Assembly: GCA_977017645.1 (NCBI GenBank)
Contig: OZ360239.1
Location: 55,056,001 to 55,120,000 of the forward strand
Direction of reading: 5' to 3'
DNA from: Torpedo marmorata
Taxonomy: Eukaryota
DNA: 64,000 bases
The notes below the pieces were generated by a model, which saw nothing but the letters and a program-made list of their open reading frames with translations, made no database searches and was not told the origin of the DNA. A program made the position numbers and the translations under genes. Positions 48,916 through 62,529 of this stretch are shown in pieces; position 1 is the stretch's first letter, and each line of letters begins with the position of its first letter.

Positions 48916-51119
48916 GAAGTAGAATTTCTTACTCAGCTGTACTCCTAGTGTAGCCCAATAATCTCTCAAACTTACTTTTCTTCCCATTCTCCTCATGCTT
49001 CTAAACATCCTCAAGTTGCTCTTCAGTGCCAGCATAATTTCAAGGGAAACTTATATTCCATGTATGCAAAGGTAGTATCCAAGGTCAATGCATAACCCCC
49101 TAGCACTACCACAGTATTGTCTGGCCACTTGTTCTTCAATTTCTGGAGGTGTAATAGCTTCCTTTAGAAAAAAGATAATAACAAAAGCCATTGTTTTGAG
49201 TCTCCACAATAAATTACCCAGCTTCACTATCATTTTTATCCTCTTCCCAGGCATGTCAGGTTGAATGACACTACCCAATTTTTCAACATCTGTGTTCACT
49301 GCAAAGACTGTCTGCATCCAAGTCTTAACAGCACATCCATGCCTTTGATCAATTTAGGCATTAACCAAACCTTCAATTTTACTTCAGCCATCATTCCAAT
49401 GGTCACCTGATTGGCCACATATCCATTTTTGGCAGTTTTGAATAAACCACCTTCCAATCCTTAACCAAGTTCCACTCACCCATCATTTTTGTGCCTACTG
49501 ACCCACATGACTCCTGATCTGCCAACACCTCAAAATTAAAATTCTTATCCTGGAGTTCAAATCCCAACAAAGCCTTAATTTCAGGAAACAAAGTTATAAA
49601 TCAAATCTCCTTCCTTCAAAATCTGACCTCTTGTGCATTGCAAAATTCTTTCTCACCACCACGAACAGCTATTTCTCTGTTCCTATTGTCACACTACATT
49701 ACATTTATTAACTGGTTTCTTGGAGTCAAGGGATGCAGCAAAGGATATTGACGAAGAAAGTAGCATTTGATAAATGATACAGCCTATTGCAATACATAAA
49801 ATAAGACTAAAACAAAATTGATACCTGACATTTATTCCCCACTGAAGATTTCCCCAGTCACAAAATGATTCCATAAATTCCAAAGCCATATTTTTCTGCA
49901 GAAAATGAATTCTGCGCTGCATTCTTTTCCATCTGACGTTGAAGTGCAGCGATCCTTTCCTGCGCAGAGCTCTACCTAGTGGGCATTCTGAGAACTAGGT
50001 TTCCCTTCCAATAAACCAGGCAAGTTTGAATGCGATTCAAGTGCTTGACTTTCTCTTTAGAAATAGGTCAAAAATTATTTACTCAAAATAATGACCTTTG
50101 TAGCAGAACTAGGAATAATTAGTATTCAGGGAAATATGTGGGTGGGGTCAAGAAAGCTAAATGTGATTGGTGGAGTGAAGGAGAGAGTAAAGGACACAAA
50201 GAAATAATGGTACTGAGCAAAAGGGGACAGGCAGGGTACAAATGCAGAAACAAAGACCAGTGTGCATATGGTGTAAATGGGAGATGGAGGATTATCAACT
50301 ATAATTACCAGGTGGAAAGACGATCACCAAATCCAAATTAAGAAAATGTTGAATATACTCATTATTTTAAAATGGTTGAACCTAAAGATCAAGTCTGGAA
50401 GACTACCTATGCTTGTTAAGTGAGCGTGATAGACAACTTGAAGCTATTCTCATTCCTGAAGACTGAAGAGGTTCAGATGAAAGGTCATCCTGAAGCATTA
50501 GCCATTTCTTTCTCCACAGATGCTTGCTGATCCATTAAGTATTTCCAGCAATATGTTTTAATAACTAAATGGGTTTTTTTTGGCATTCTATTACAATCAG
50601 CAATTGTGGTAGAACTTGATGTTGGGAAACATCCAATTTTATGCCTATGGTAGCAACAATGACATTATATGATTCCCATGATGAAGCCAGAGGAATTCTT
50701 CACTCATGTTGCCACTTTTATTCTTATACACATATTATTGCTGCTTAGGCAATCTGCAAAAAAAAAACAACACATTTTTTTTAAGCATATTCAAAATGAT
50801 GCAGTTGACGGGGACAAGGAAGAAAAAAAGGTGGCTGCCTCGGTGACGATGAGAAGTGTTTATCTTTGGAAAGTTGCTTGGTCACGTTATGAGGCAGCTT
50901 CCTCAGAAATATGTATTTTTTCACCAAATAATTTCCTAATATCTGGCTATTTTCATTATCATCATTGTGAGAGTATATATACCATGTCTCCAACTTATCA
51001 ATCTTTCTGAATTGCTGGTCAAATACAGCTCCTTATTCTTAGTTAGCAGCCTGAATAGATTCACTGGCCCACATCAGTTCATCGAAATGGACCCACGGAA
51101 TTCTCACCACTTTAATTTT

Positions 51120-51295
51120 TAATTTAGACATACAGCACAGTAACCGGCCCTTCCGGCCCACGAGCCCATGCTGCCCAAGTACACCCAATTAACCTACAAC
51201 CCTATATGTTTTGAAGGGTGGGAGGAAACCAGAGCACCCGGAGGAAACCCACGAAGACAAATGGAGAACATACAAACTCCATACAGACAGCGCTG
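51120..51295 (-). mobile_element. 5'-truncated V-SINE copy
   Basis: Similar to 21866-22040. Confidence 0.75.
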
Positions 51296-52497
51296 GCTAA
51301 ATGAGATCCGTGACATTGGTAACCTGATCAGCCCTTTCAAAGGGCAAAGGATTGGCTCAAATCAAGTGAGATTCCTCCATCGATGACCATATGAACATAT
51401 CTAAACTAGTGGTTCCCATTTTACAGTGCACTCCAATGAGATTCTTTCTTACTCTCCAGTGTTGATCTCCAAATCTTTCTTCATTTAATGTGGTGAATGG
51501 ACTCTTGGGACCAAGTGGATATATTTCCCTACATCAGAACAATTCTGAAGTCAGCTCAGAGGTACAATTTAGAAAAAAAGTCAATAAAACCAGATAGCTT
51601 TGACTAGTTTCTGTTGCCTCATAACCCTTCTCTGTCCTCCAGTGTTCTGGATTTTAGAACACAAATTGCCCAACAAACGTGTCAACTGTCTTTAACATCT
51701 AGAATTTGCAGCAGGGTTTGATGAATTGCATTCTGTCTAATCACTATATTTAGTCCAAATGTGCGACAGTTTTTAAAATCAGTCCAAGTTTCGAAGGGTA
51801 CCCCCAATTTACAATCGCTCTAAAATCCTCTTGAATCTCTTAAGCAAGAGCTTATTATTTTGCAGCTTCTTAAAATCTCTCAACTCAATGACAGTGTACT
51901 GACCAAAACTGGAATGGCCTGCTGTTACTGTGAATGCATAAACATTTATCATCAGGTGGAGGTTTTCTTTATGAATTATTTTGTTCATTGCTTTCCATGC
52001 TCATTACGTAGAGATATTGGCTGTGTTTAGACTCAACTTTTTTTTTTTCCTTTTATTATCAAGTTCTGCCATTTCATCACACTTTTCCATTTTTCCTTTT
52101 CTTTTGCAATCTCTGGTGACAATACCAGTTGCAATTGTAACTTGCTTTACACTGGTTTTATTCATGGTGTCTAATATTGACATCTAGTCCTTAGGAAGAC
52201 AATGGATTTGGCCATCCTCGGGTAGTTTATGATTCATTATGTTAAAGAATACAAATCAAATTTGCACTGATTTCAGAGTTCAGAGAAAAGGCGAGAGAAA
52301 AATAGTTAAATAAGAATAGTTATGTTTTTAAGGGAGTTTTATTCACCTCCCAGCATGTCGTTTATCCGAGGGATGAAGTTGTACAGGACAGATTGGAGGT
52401 AGTTCTATTCCTCAGCCATCTCTCCAGTTGATGGTGTTGTGACATTAGAAGCATATCTGTGTGAGGGGTGAGCAGCCAAACACACTTTGACTTTAAG

Positions 52498-52667
52498 AAA
52501 CACACAGAAGTGCTGCAGAAACTCAGCAGGTCACACAGCGTCCAGAGGAAGCAAAGGGATATAACAAAAATTTCGGGCCTGAGCGCTTCCTCAGACCTTG
52601 ATGAGTTTCTCAAGTACTTTTGTGTATTGCACTACAATCACAGTGTCTGCAGACCTTTCTGTTTAAC
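52498..52667. mobile_element. Fold-back Penelope terminal-repeat element
   Basis: Inverted arms; 11-bp TSD TTGACTTTAAG (52487-52497 and 52668-52678). Confidence 0.7.
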
Positions 52668-53065
52668 TTGACTTTAAGGAAGCCAAGATGCAAATACCAG
52701 GTTACCATTAATTACCATTTCTACAAAAAGATTAAATGGTACCATGACATTCACCTTTCACAATTTCAGAACTAATTAACAATAGTGTTATGTGGGTTAG
52801 TCTTTACAAAGACATTTGATTAAATTATAAGTGTGACAATATGGTCTAAGAGGACTAAACAAGAAAGCAGAGCCCTGGAATATTTAAAAACATCATGTTT
52901 GCAATGATTTAAATTAAATTTAAATTAAATGTAAATTAGTCACAGCACCCTTATTGAAACCTGCAAAATCAACTTTGTTTTTCTTCATGAATGCTGCTTG
53001 TCCTGCTGAGGGATTCCAGCATTTTAACATTTTATTCCAAATTCCAAGTCTGCCACATTTAGTTT

Positions 53066-53300
53066 AAAGGTAAAGGTTCCATTATTGTCACGTAATACTA
53101 CATTTAGAATGTAACATACATGAAATTCTTTAATTTTTGTCGACGGTAAGGCAGACAGAGAGTCGCTACTTTGTCCAGCGCCCCTCACAGAAACCTACAG
53201 CACCTTGTGTTCCTAGGCTGTCTCCCCTCCAAATACTGACCAGTCCTGTGCTTGCTTAGCTTCCGAGGTCAGACAATCCCAGTCTTATTCAGGCTGTTGG
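53066..53300 (-). mobile_element. 5S rRNA-derived SINE (SINE3-type)
   Basis: Minus 53300-53191 resembles 5S rRNA (TCGGAAGCTAAGCA..TGGTCAGTATTTGGAGGGGAGAC..GGTGCTGTAGG), followed by a non-5S body and CCTTTA-repeat tail. Confidence 0.75.
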
Positions 53301-55579
53301 TTAATCTCATTTACTTAATAAAATACACATTACTTTTAACCAATGGCCAATCGTAAACTATGGTTCATTCAAGGGCTACTCTGACCTTCAAAATTCATCA
53401 AATGTAGCGAAGCTCCTGACTTGTCCACATCAGTGGAGGCAATACGTGTTCTTATGTGGGGCTCCAGCACGTTACTGGCTGGGAGATTTTCCATCTAATG
53501 ATCAGATCTAATTATTTCCTTTTCCACCAAGCGCACAAAATCGAGCAATCAAACTTGACAGCCAGTAAAGACAAATGCTTTACATTTCACTTTTAACCTA
53601 GCAGATCTAAATCAGAACATTCAAATTTATGCTTTAAATGTACCCAAATTTAAAATAATCTCAGCTACTTATAATGGTACATGTTAGATCAAATTTCAAC
53701 TGTTAAACAGGCACCTTTCCTTCAATTATAAGTGGATAAAACTTGTATTAGAAACCTTCTAAACTGGTATAAAACAACTCAGATACTCATCAGCATTGTG
53801 CATGTGACTAAATATCAGAAAAATGCTTCAAATTAATTTTATGGTGGAAAGGAAATAGATAAGAATTCCACCACATGCATAACAAAAAGGATAAAGCACC
53901 ACTTGAAAAATCCATCCCATGATAACAGAATAGTTAAAACTTCCTGGCTGACTCTCTCTTTTAAAAAAAGTACAACACAAGTCTGACTCTCTTTTCTCAG
54001 CTTTATCAACCCTGTTAAAAAAATCAGCTAAGGTCACAAGGCTAAGAAGGGAGATGATGATGGTGTACAAACAGCAATGGAAAGCAAGGTCATGAGAAGG
54101 GAACTTGCCTTAACACAACATTGAGAGATCCAGCACTGCACAACTAACAGCTGCTTTGGTTTGCCATTCCTGTGCTAGCTCCACTAACTGTGATTTACTA
54201 CTGTACCAGCTCTGGTGTTGACACCTTTATGTCCCTCCCTCCTATCCCAGCAAGCCTGGAGGCCATGATGGATGCTGCTGAACTTTTCCTCCTATCACCT
54301 TAAAAAGAACTTTCCCATAATCTTTTGTTTCCCATCAAAGTGGAGGACAGAAGGGTTTTTATTTAATTTTAAATTAACAGCCTTGTTGCTCTAACTTGGT
54401 AGCAATATACAGAATTTATTACACCAGTGAATTTCTTAAACACCAATCTCTTTCTTTTCTACCCAATGAACTGAACATAGTCCAGAGTAAATCAATGTAA
54501 TTGCTGGTCGTCCAACATTATTGTAGCAATACTTTATACTAAGTGCCATTGGTAATTTGGTGTATTTAATTGAAAACGCTAAGATAATGGGGAACTTGGC
54601 TACTAACATTAACCCCTCTCTCACTGATGGTTCATGAATAGATTAAATATAAAAGTAGCTACAAGGTACACACAATTAAATAAACTGAATTAGCCCGGAA
54701 ATGAAAATACACAATAATGCATATGCTTACATTTTCATCCTGTGGTCAGACAATTATCTTTCATTGATAAATTATTTCTACTTTGCTTTTCGCTTTTTAA
54801 GGAAAATTTAACGTTTGGAGTAGTGCCTTCATTTCCATTCAGGGCTCTCAAATTCTAATTGCAGCCTTAACTGGCATGCCGTACAGACAGCCTCCAGTTG
54901 CCTTTTTTTTACTGATGGGATCATAAACTATTTCAGGGACATCCCGTCTCGTAAAGTAGCTAACTTGTTAGTCAATACAGCACATCGATATGATGATGGT
55001 TGTTGTGGGGGTGGGAGGGGTTTAGGGTGAGAAACCCACACTCTTAGTGAAAAGACAGCAAACTGCGGGGGAGGGAGCAAAAAATACATGAGCAAAACCC
55101 TGGCTTGCTCAGAAATGTTTAGTACTCTTTTTTGAGGTGACCACAAAAGATTCTAAAGTAACCACAACAGCAGTGAGCAAATAGTGAATTAATCAAGAAA
55201 GTGGAATGAAGAATGGGCAAGAGATAAAAATGTTTAAAAGGTACTGCAAGTGGCAGAATTACCAAGCTAACTCCCTTTGAGAATATTGCTTTGTGGCTTC
55301 AGACTCGAGTGCTGAAAGTGGCAATAGTAAACAGTAGCCAATTGTAGCAGTCAGGTCACACGTTCCATTTTAGATCAGGTCTTGGCTGTCTTTGGCCAAA
55401 TACTTTTCATTTGATTCTGCAGAATGAAAGCTAAAACCCAAAACATTACATCTGAATGATGACCCAAGTTACAAAGGAAAATTAAAAAAAGAAAAGTCAA
55501 CTCGTACTTGTTTGTTGAAAGCATGAATTGTCTGTGTGCAATGTCACCTTGAGAACAACAATATTAAACATGTACTTAC

Positions 55580-55727
55580 TGGCAATGAATAAAAGAAGAT
55601 CGCAAGGAACAAAACTACAAACAGCAGTATTATGATCCCAAGAAATATCCATTTGAATCGGCGCCAGATGATGTATTTCATTGTCTTGCAAGGACTGGTG
55701 AACCACAGGAAAGACGTTTCTGGACGG
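55580..55727 (-). CDS. MYOF: Myoferlin penultimate coding exon (transmembrane anchor)
   Basis: [49 protein letters not shown]; AG/GT boundaries with consistent phase. Confidence 0.93.
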
Positions 55728-56759
55728 CTGATTGTAATGAAATAAATACAGTTAATTTTCCTTTCTAAAAGGATAAAGTGTACACAATTTACATTAGGCA
55801 CTCATTTACAGAATTAAGAAACCATTATTCAAGTAAACCATGGGCATGTTTATTATCGTTTTTAAAAATGATAGTGAGTTCTTATCTAACCAATGGCTCA
55901 GTGGGTGAAGGTAGCAAGATAAAGGCACTCTTGAGGACAGTTTGGGTTTTGACTTCTACTTCAGAAGTGGTGCTGCTATAACTGAAGTTAACCTCTTTTG
56001 GTGGAATGGATGAACAAGATGTTTAAAAACACTATGTCTACATTTGAAGAATGCCCATTAGAATGAAGACCCAAGTAGATACCATTATAATCTGTCCTCC
56101 ATGGAAATCAGCACCTTTTACGAGAAAATAAAATGGGAATCCTCCTGTATCCCAGAAAGGACACACACAGTGATACTACCCTTGTTGGTGAAAACATAGA
56201 CCAGGCCATTCAGCCTCTTGTGCCTACTCTATCATGCCACAAGTTCATAGCCCCAAAATCCCATACTCTCTATTCCAAACCCTCTATTTGCTTTGTTTCC
56301 AAAGAATTGTCAATCTCTGCCTTGAACATATTCAGCAACTGAGCCTCCACAACTCTCTTGGGTGGAGAATTCGTAAATATTCACTACAGTCTTTTTATTG
56401 CAAACCCTCACAGCTGACTCCAATTTTTGAAATGGTATGCTCCATCTCTCGACACGTTAACCAGGGAAAGCAGCATCACCCTTCCACCTGCCCTGTGGAG
56501 CACTGCAAGAATTTCTATGAGATCACATCGCATTCTTCTATATTCTGGACAGTAAAACCAAACGAGATGAGATGACAGAAACTAATCACACACTGAATCA
56601 AAATACAGATGTTGGAAATTTTAAACAACATCAATGCTAGAAACATTCAGTAGGTCAGGCCACATCTGGCAAGGGCCAACAACTGGAGATATTAAACATT
56701 TTCTTCAGATTTAGCCTGATTTGCTTGCTCACAGCATACATTAATGAGCATCGGATTAG

Positions 56760-57050
56760 TTTAGTGGACAATTGCAAGTTCAAGCTCCACTCCAAGACTT
56801 CAGTGCAACATTTAGGCTAATACATGAGCTCTACATTCATATGAAGCTTCTCAAGGAGCAATATTAAGCCGAAGCCTGTGGATCTTGGTAAAAGATCCCA
56901 TGGTAATATCCCAAGTAACATTCATCGTTCAACCACACATCATGGAATAAAAGACATCACAAAACACGTGCTTATGAGATCTTGCTCGGCACTAAGAAAC
57001 CACAATTGCTAATAATTACTGTGTATTGAAGCAATTTATGAAAGATGGAG
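56760..57050 (+). mobile_element. Degenerate Deu-domain SINE-like remnant
   Basis: GTAAAAGATCCCATGG motif recalled from the DeuSINE core; heavily decayed. Confidence 0.4.
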
Positions 57051-57648
57051 AACTACAGGATGTTTAAGATATAAATTTTAGAAATATATAGTTCAAAAAC
57101 AAGTTTACAAAACTGGAAAGAACCATGAATCACAGTGATGGCAGGTGTCAAAATCTTTTTAATGAGGAGCTGATAGTAGTGAGCATGACAACCAGCCACA
57201 AAGCTTCTGCAGTGATGTTCCTTTCTGTTGTCTCTATATGCTCTAGAAAGTGCAATGTGCACGTTTTACTAAATTTACACTGGTTTAAATTCATGCATCT
57301 ATTTTCTCCACTCTTCCTGAAGGACGCCATGGATTCTCGGATTTCGAGAGACCAATAAGCCACGTACATTCCTTATGTTGCTTTAAGTATTAGTAGACCT
57401 ACAGAGTGACAGCATAACAGAATCCGTTTGTGGATCAACCCTTACAAAATCCATTATCCAGTGCTGAAAAGGCCTTTAAAATGGAAATCTGGCAGATTTC
57501 CATCTCTAACCCTTGGGTATTGGCTTATTCATGTTCCATGTCCTGTCGAATCTGACAAGCAGCTGCCTTGTTCGTCTTCATCCTTGTATTAGCTCTAGCT
57601 GGCTAAAAAGTTCAATAGATATGCTTTACTCTCAACATTTACAAAACC

Positions 57649-58912
57649 CAATACAATTTTTTGCACCAGTTGTATCTCACGCCGCAAAAATTGAATAAAT
57701 TTAAATCAGAAATATCAGATAAATGTTTTAGATGCGGCAAAGAAATAGGAACGTTTTTACATTTAACCTGGTCATGCCCCAAAGTAAAACCTTTCTGGAC
57801 GGACTTAGGGAAACTCTTAGAACAAATTACAGAAATTCAGTTCCCACAACGCCCAGAATTATTTCTATTGGGCAATATCTCCGGCGTAAGACCTAAGATG
57901 AGGCTATCAAAATTTCAAATAAAATTTGTGGAGATCGCATTGGCGGTGGCCAGGAAATGTATAGCGGTCACATGGAAGTCTGATTCCCATCTAGGTATGA
58001 CAAGATGGAATGAGGAAATGTACAGTTGTGTTCCCCTTGAGAAGATTACCTATAATCTTATAAATAGATATGATATATTTTTAGAGATTTGGACTCCATA
58101 TTTACAACACATGGCTGTAAATCTATAACCAGGCCCCCCCTCGCCTCCAGGACCTATGTCCATTTCCTCTTCAGAAATCCGAGTATGCCAAGTAATTTAA
58201 GCCTGCGGGGTGGGCGACGAACCTCCAACGTCTTCTTTCCTTTTCTATTTCAACCTTTTCTTATTCTATTCCTCTCTTTTCTTTCATTTAGGGGGGAATT
58301 GGGTGGGTGGGTTTTCCTTTGTAATTTTGTTGTTGGTTTTTAGTATAATAGTCAACAGACGAATATTATATTTGCTGGATGTTGCCTGGGTTTCTGGGTT
58401 TTAGTTACAGGGAAAGGTTGAACAGGCTGGGACTTTATTCCCTGGAGCGTAGAAGGTTGAGGGGTGATTTGATAGAGGTATTTAAAATTATGAAGGGGAA
58501 AGATAGAGTCAATGTGGACAGGCTTTTTCCATTGAGAGTGGGGAAGATTCAAACAAGAGGGCATGGATTGAGATTGAAGGGGGAAAAGTTTAGAGGAAAC
58601 ATGAGGGGGAATTTCTTCACTCAGAGGGTGGTAGGAGGGTGGAACGAGCTTCCGGCCGAAGTGGTAGACGCAGGTTCAATTTTAATGTTTAAGGAAAAGT
58701 TGGATAGGTATATGGACGAGAGAGGTGTGGAGGGTTATGGGCCGGGTGCGGGTCAGTGGGACTAGGTGGGAGAATGTGTTCGGCATGGACTAGAAGGGCC
58801 GAACTGGCCTGTTTCTGTGTTGTAAGTGTTATATTTGATGATGTATTATTTTTGTTATTGATAATATGTTTGGCTTTAAAAAATACAAATAAAATATTCA
58901 AAAAAAAAAAAT
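57649..58912 (+). mobile_element. 5'-truncated L1-like LINE with nested CR1
   Basis: C-terminal zinc finger CFRC..GTFLHLTWSC; A-tail; 11-bp TSD TTTACAAAACC (57638-57648 and 58913-58923). Confidence 0.85.
58375..58828 (+). mobile_element. CR1 3' fragment nested in the L1 3'UTR
   Basis: LERRRLRGDLIEVFK...FFTQRVV; 9-bp TSD TTATATTTG (58366-58374 and 58829-58837). Confidence 0.88.
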
Positions 58913-58999
58913 TTTACAAAACCAAGGTCCTTCACCAGACTGTCCTCATGATGATACCTTGCAAACATGGATCTGGGGTGCCACCTTTCAGCAAAGGAA

Positions 59000-59650
59000 A
59001 TTTTGATGAATAAGTTCATCACCATCTTCAATGCACCAGTAGAGCCTTTTGTCAATTGATCAAGACCTCGGACTGGCACAAAATTCAATGTCTACTGGGC
59101 TGCACAGATCACTGCCCTCCAATGAGCCTCTGAGGCCGTGACTATGTATAGGAGGCTCTGAGGTAAAATATGAAAGACACATGCTCCAAATTCATTGGAA
59201 GGATAAGTGAACCAATGTTGGTGATCTCTCCTAGCCAAAACCTCCAGCTTTAAGTCCTTGGGAACACATGGTTGACTTTGCTGGACTGGCCACATTGTTC
59301 ACATGCCTGACGCTAGATTCCCAAAAAAGACCTGCTGTTCCAAATCTGATGCAAGAGGAGATTACCAGGCAGGAAAGAAGGTTCAACAACAGGCTCAAGA
59401 TTTCCTTTGAAGACATTCCCACTGATCCCTGGGAATCCTGGCCCCACGATTCAACAAAGTGAAGAAGGAGCATTGAGGAAGGTATTTCTAACCTTGAGAT
59501 CACATATCGGGAGCACGTGGAAGCTCAGCATAGGCAATGGAAGGAGCATGCCACTTCACAAACTACCCACCCATCTGCCTCCTGTGCCATTTCCTGGGAG
59601 AGTCTGGGGCTCCCATACTTGCCTCATTAACCATTCTTAACGCACAACAC
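59000..59650 (+). mobile_element. Degenerate RTE-type LINE 3' end
   Basis: RQERRFNNRLKIS..IPTDPWESW resembles the RTE C-terminus. Confidence 0.5.
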
Positions 59651-60303
59651 CATAAGGAAAATAATCCTCTATGCTGAGAGACAGCCCAAGATGATAAGTA
59701 CAACTTTTTCTGGCAATGAAAGGGTCTAGTTTGGTTGCAAAAGCTTCTTCCTCATCAATTCACTTATTATACACATACTTGGACATTCAGTGAGCTCTTT
59801 GAGAGAAGACGGATGTACAGACTGCTTCTCAAAATGAATCTACACTCAGGGATGGAGTGGAGAGTCTATTTATAAACCAACTCATTAGCAATGACATTGT
59901 GAATGTTCATGATGTTTGGAGTTGTAACATCCCTAAAAGTTGAAAGTGCAAGAAATGCCTTCTCTCATCTAAATTCAAATGAACCAAATCCCAGAACAAA
60001 CCATTTGTTTAAATGTTTTTTTTTTCATTGAAAGAACAAACACAACTCTCAACTGCATACAACACAGTGGAATCAATAGAACATGAATGTAAATCCTAAG
60101 TGCATGAAATAGGAGGAGATAAAAAAATCTCTGCTTACAAAGAATTGTAAAAAAACATCTATTCACTTCAGATAGTCAGTATTCAATGTTTAAAGCTCAA
60201 AAATCCCTATGCTATTAAATGTGATGCCCCATATAGGCCCCCATCCTTTCAAATTGTAAGATACAAACATACGAAAACAAATCAAGGAGGAAAAAAAAGT
60301 TAC

Positions 60304-60413
60304 TTTGGAGGCTCCAGTTTTGGGTTCATGTTGGGTTCATCTCTTGCTTTGGCAGCAGGTTTTTCCTCAGCCTCTTGTTCAGTGACAATCTCCAGTGTCA
60401 TTTCAACTTTACC
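60304..60413 (-). CDS. MYOF: Myoferlin exon (Ferlin C-terminal region)
   Basis: tttccag|[36 protein letters not shown]|gtaact. Confidence 0.93.
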
Positions 60414-62029
60414 CTGGAAAACAAAAGAAAAAAAAAACTTTCAGCAAAATGTCTAATGAGAACAGACATTCACAGATAAGTGATATGGTTACCTCTGAAT
60501 GCAAAACTTCTAGGATTACCTCAACCTTTTAAAAAACATGCAATTCTTTTCAGGCCAACAGTCCAATCTCAAAGGCCAACTAAAGCAAGTATGTGATCCA
60601 TGAATTGAGGGGCAGAGTTAATTTTGTGTAATCTCAATTAACAATCGACTTTAAAAAGTTCCTCTGGTATTCAAGCATTACTTTACTAATTAGCAAAATG
60701 CCTTTAATGGTTTTCCCATTGGAGTTATAAAATTCTATCAACATGTCATCATTGACTGATAATAATCCAAGGTATGAAATAGCTTAATAGTTGCTGTAGC
60801 TCCTGGGTGTTGAATCATTAATCAAATAACCTTTCATATTCTTTGTGGCTTCAGACAATTGCAATTTTTGAACAGCATGTTGCAGAATAAAATACATTTA
60901 CTTCCCTATAAATTAATTTATGCTGTATACCATTATGTCATTAATCAAAATTATTCCCTCTGTCTATCCTGACCTAGTTTAATACCTTAGGGAAAAACAC
61001 AAGTGATCAAAAAAATCAGCTTTATGTTATGATCCAATAATAAATGGAGTCTTTTCTTTTGTTCGTGTTTCTGCTCAAACTAATTTGTAAATTGGCTCAT
61101 GTACAAGTGGAAGAGCTTCAGAATGTAACCATTGAAAATAAAAATAGCATTAAAATATTGCTGGATATATTTTTGAATTGTAACTCATTGCAGTTTGTTA
61201 ATTTAACTGGAGAGAGGGTTGCCACAAAAATGACAAAAAAGCTTTGGTTGATACTTGGATATCAAGTAATTTTAAAAAATTAAACATTAACTCATTATAC
61301 CGTTACTTGTATAGTAGACAGAATTTCAGTACATTATTTGTTTTAAAAAGCTTTTAAATTCACCTCAAGGCACCCAGCATGAAAAACTGCTCAAAGAGCC
61401 CCTTTAATGGCCTGTGAAGCAGGGTGATTGTCAGAAATTCTGAAGAGTCTTTAATTTACTCTGGGCAAGGAAAAAGGTGACATGTTTACAGCCTGCTTTT
61501 CGTACTATGCTTTCTAAGCCCACAAAAGGTTTGTAGAAATTGAATTTGCATTGAGTGCAAAATACAAAATCAGGCAGCATGCGTAGAGAGAATCAGTTAA
61601 CATTTCATCTTAACAATCTTTCAAAATCACCAATTTAGATATTAACTACCATATGCTCCTCGCTCCTCAGAAGCCACATGACCTAGCAAACATCTCCAGG
61701 AGTCTTCCGTATTTAATTTTAGATTTCCAGCCTACATAGTATTTTGTCTCTGCGATAAGCAAGTTGCACTTAAAGTTCTTGGACCTTTTGTCAAGGTCTG
61801 CAATATATGATTAGGAAAAAGCAGCCAGAGGGTAGATGTGGTGTTCAAGCAACATATTTACATTTTTGCTAAATAATTTTGAAAAATTGTTTTATTCAGA
61901 ATGGAATACACTCATCGTCACATTTCTGATTTGGACAAATCTGGGACAATATTAGAAATACAAAAGAAATGCTGATGAGTCAAGATGATTAAAACTTGTT
62001 CAAGGGAGTTACCAACCACATAAAGTAAT

Positions 62030-62375
62030 GCATGCTGACGATACCACAGTAGTGGGCTGTATTAAAAGGGGCGATGAGGGAGATTGAAAACTTGGCTGAA
62101 TGGTGTACTAACAACAACTTCTCACTCAATGCCACCAAAACCAAGGAACTGTTTGTAGATTTTAGGTAGCGAAAACCAGAGGTGTACAATCAAGTGATCA
62201 TTGGGGGATCAGAGGTGGAGAGGGTGAGCAAATTTAAATTTACATATCTTTTCCTTGAGTACAGTTTATACTACCGATAAGTAGAAATTCTGGCTAGCCC
62301 GCAGGAAAAAGAATCTTAGGGTTGTCTGTGATGTCATGTACTGTATGTACTCTGACAGTAAATTTGAACTTGAAA
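62030..62375 (+). mobile_element. Degenerate Rex/Babar fragment
   Basis: ADDTTVVG, WCTNNNFSLNATKTKEL-like translation. Confidence 0.6.
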
Positions 62376-62529
62376 TTGTCTTGAATTTATTACTGCAAAC
62401 CAACAGAATCTCAAGTCTATTAAGTGTAGTGCTCCTCCTCAAATGATATGCAAATTGGCCACTTCCTTTGAAATCTCAATTAGCTATCCAAACAATTGAC
62501 CTCAAAAGTTTGTCCAGTATTCAAGCATT

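Noticed and set aside
53191-53300. Functional 5S rRNA gene
   Set aside because: Many substitutions, incomplete 5' end, no T-run terminator, fused to a SINE-like body
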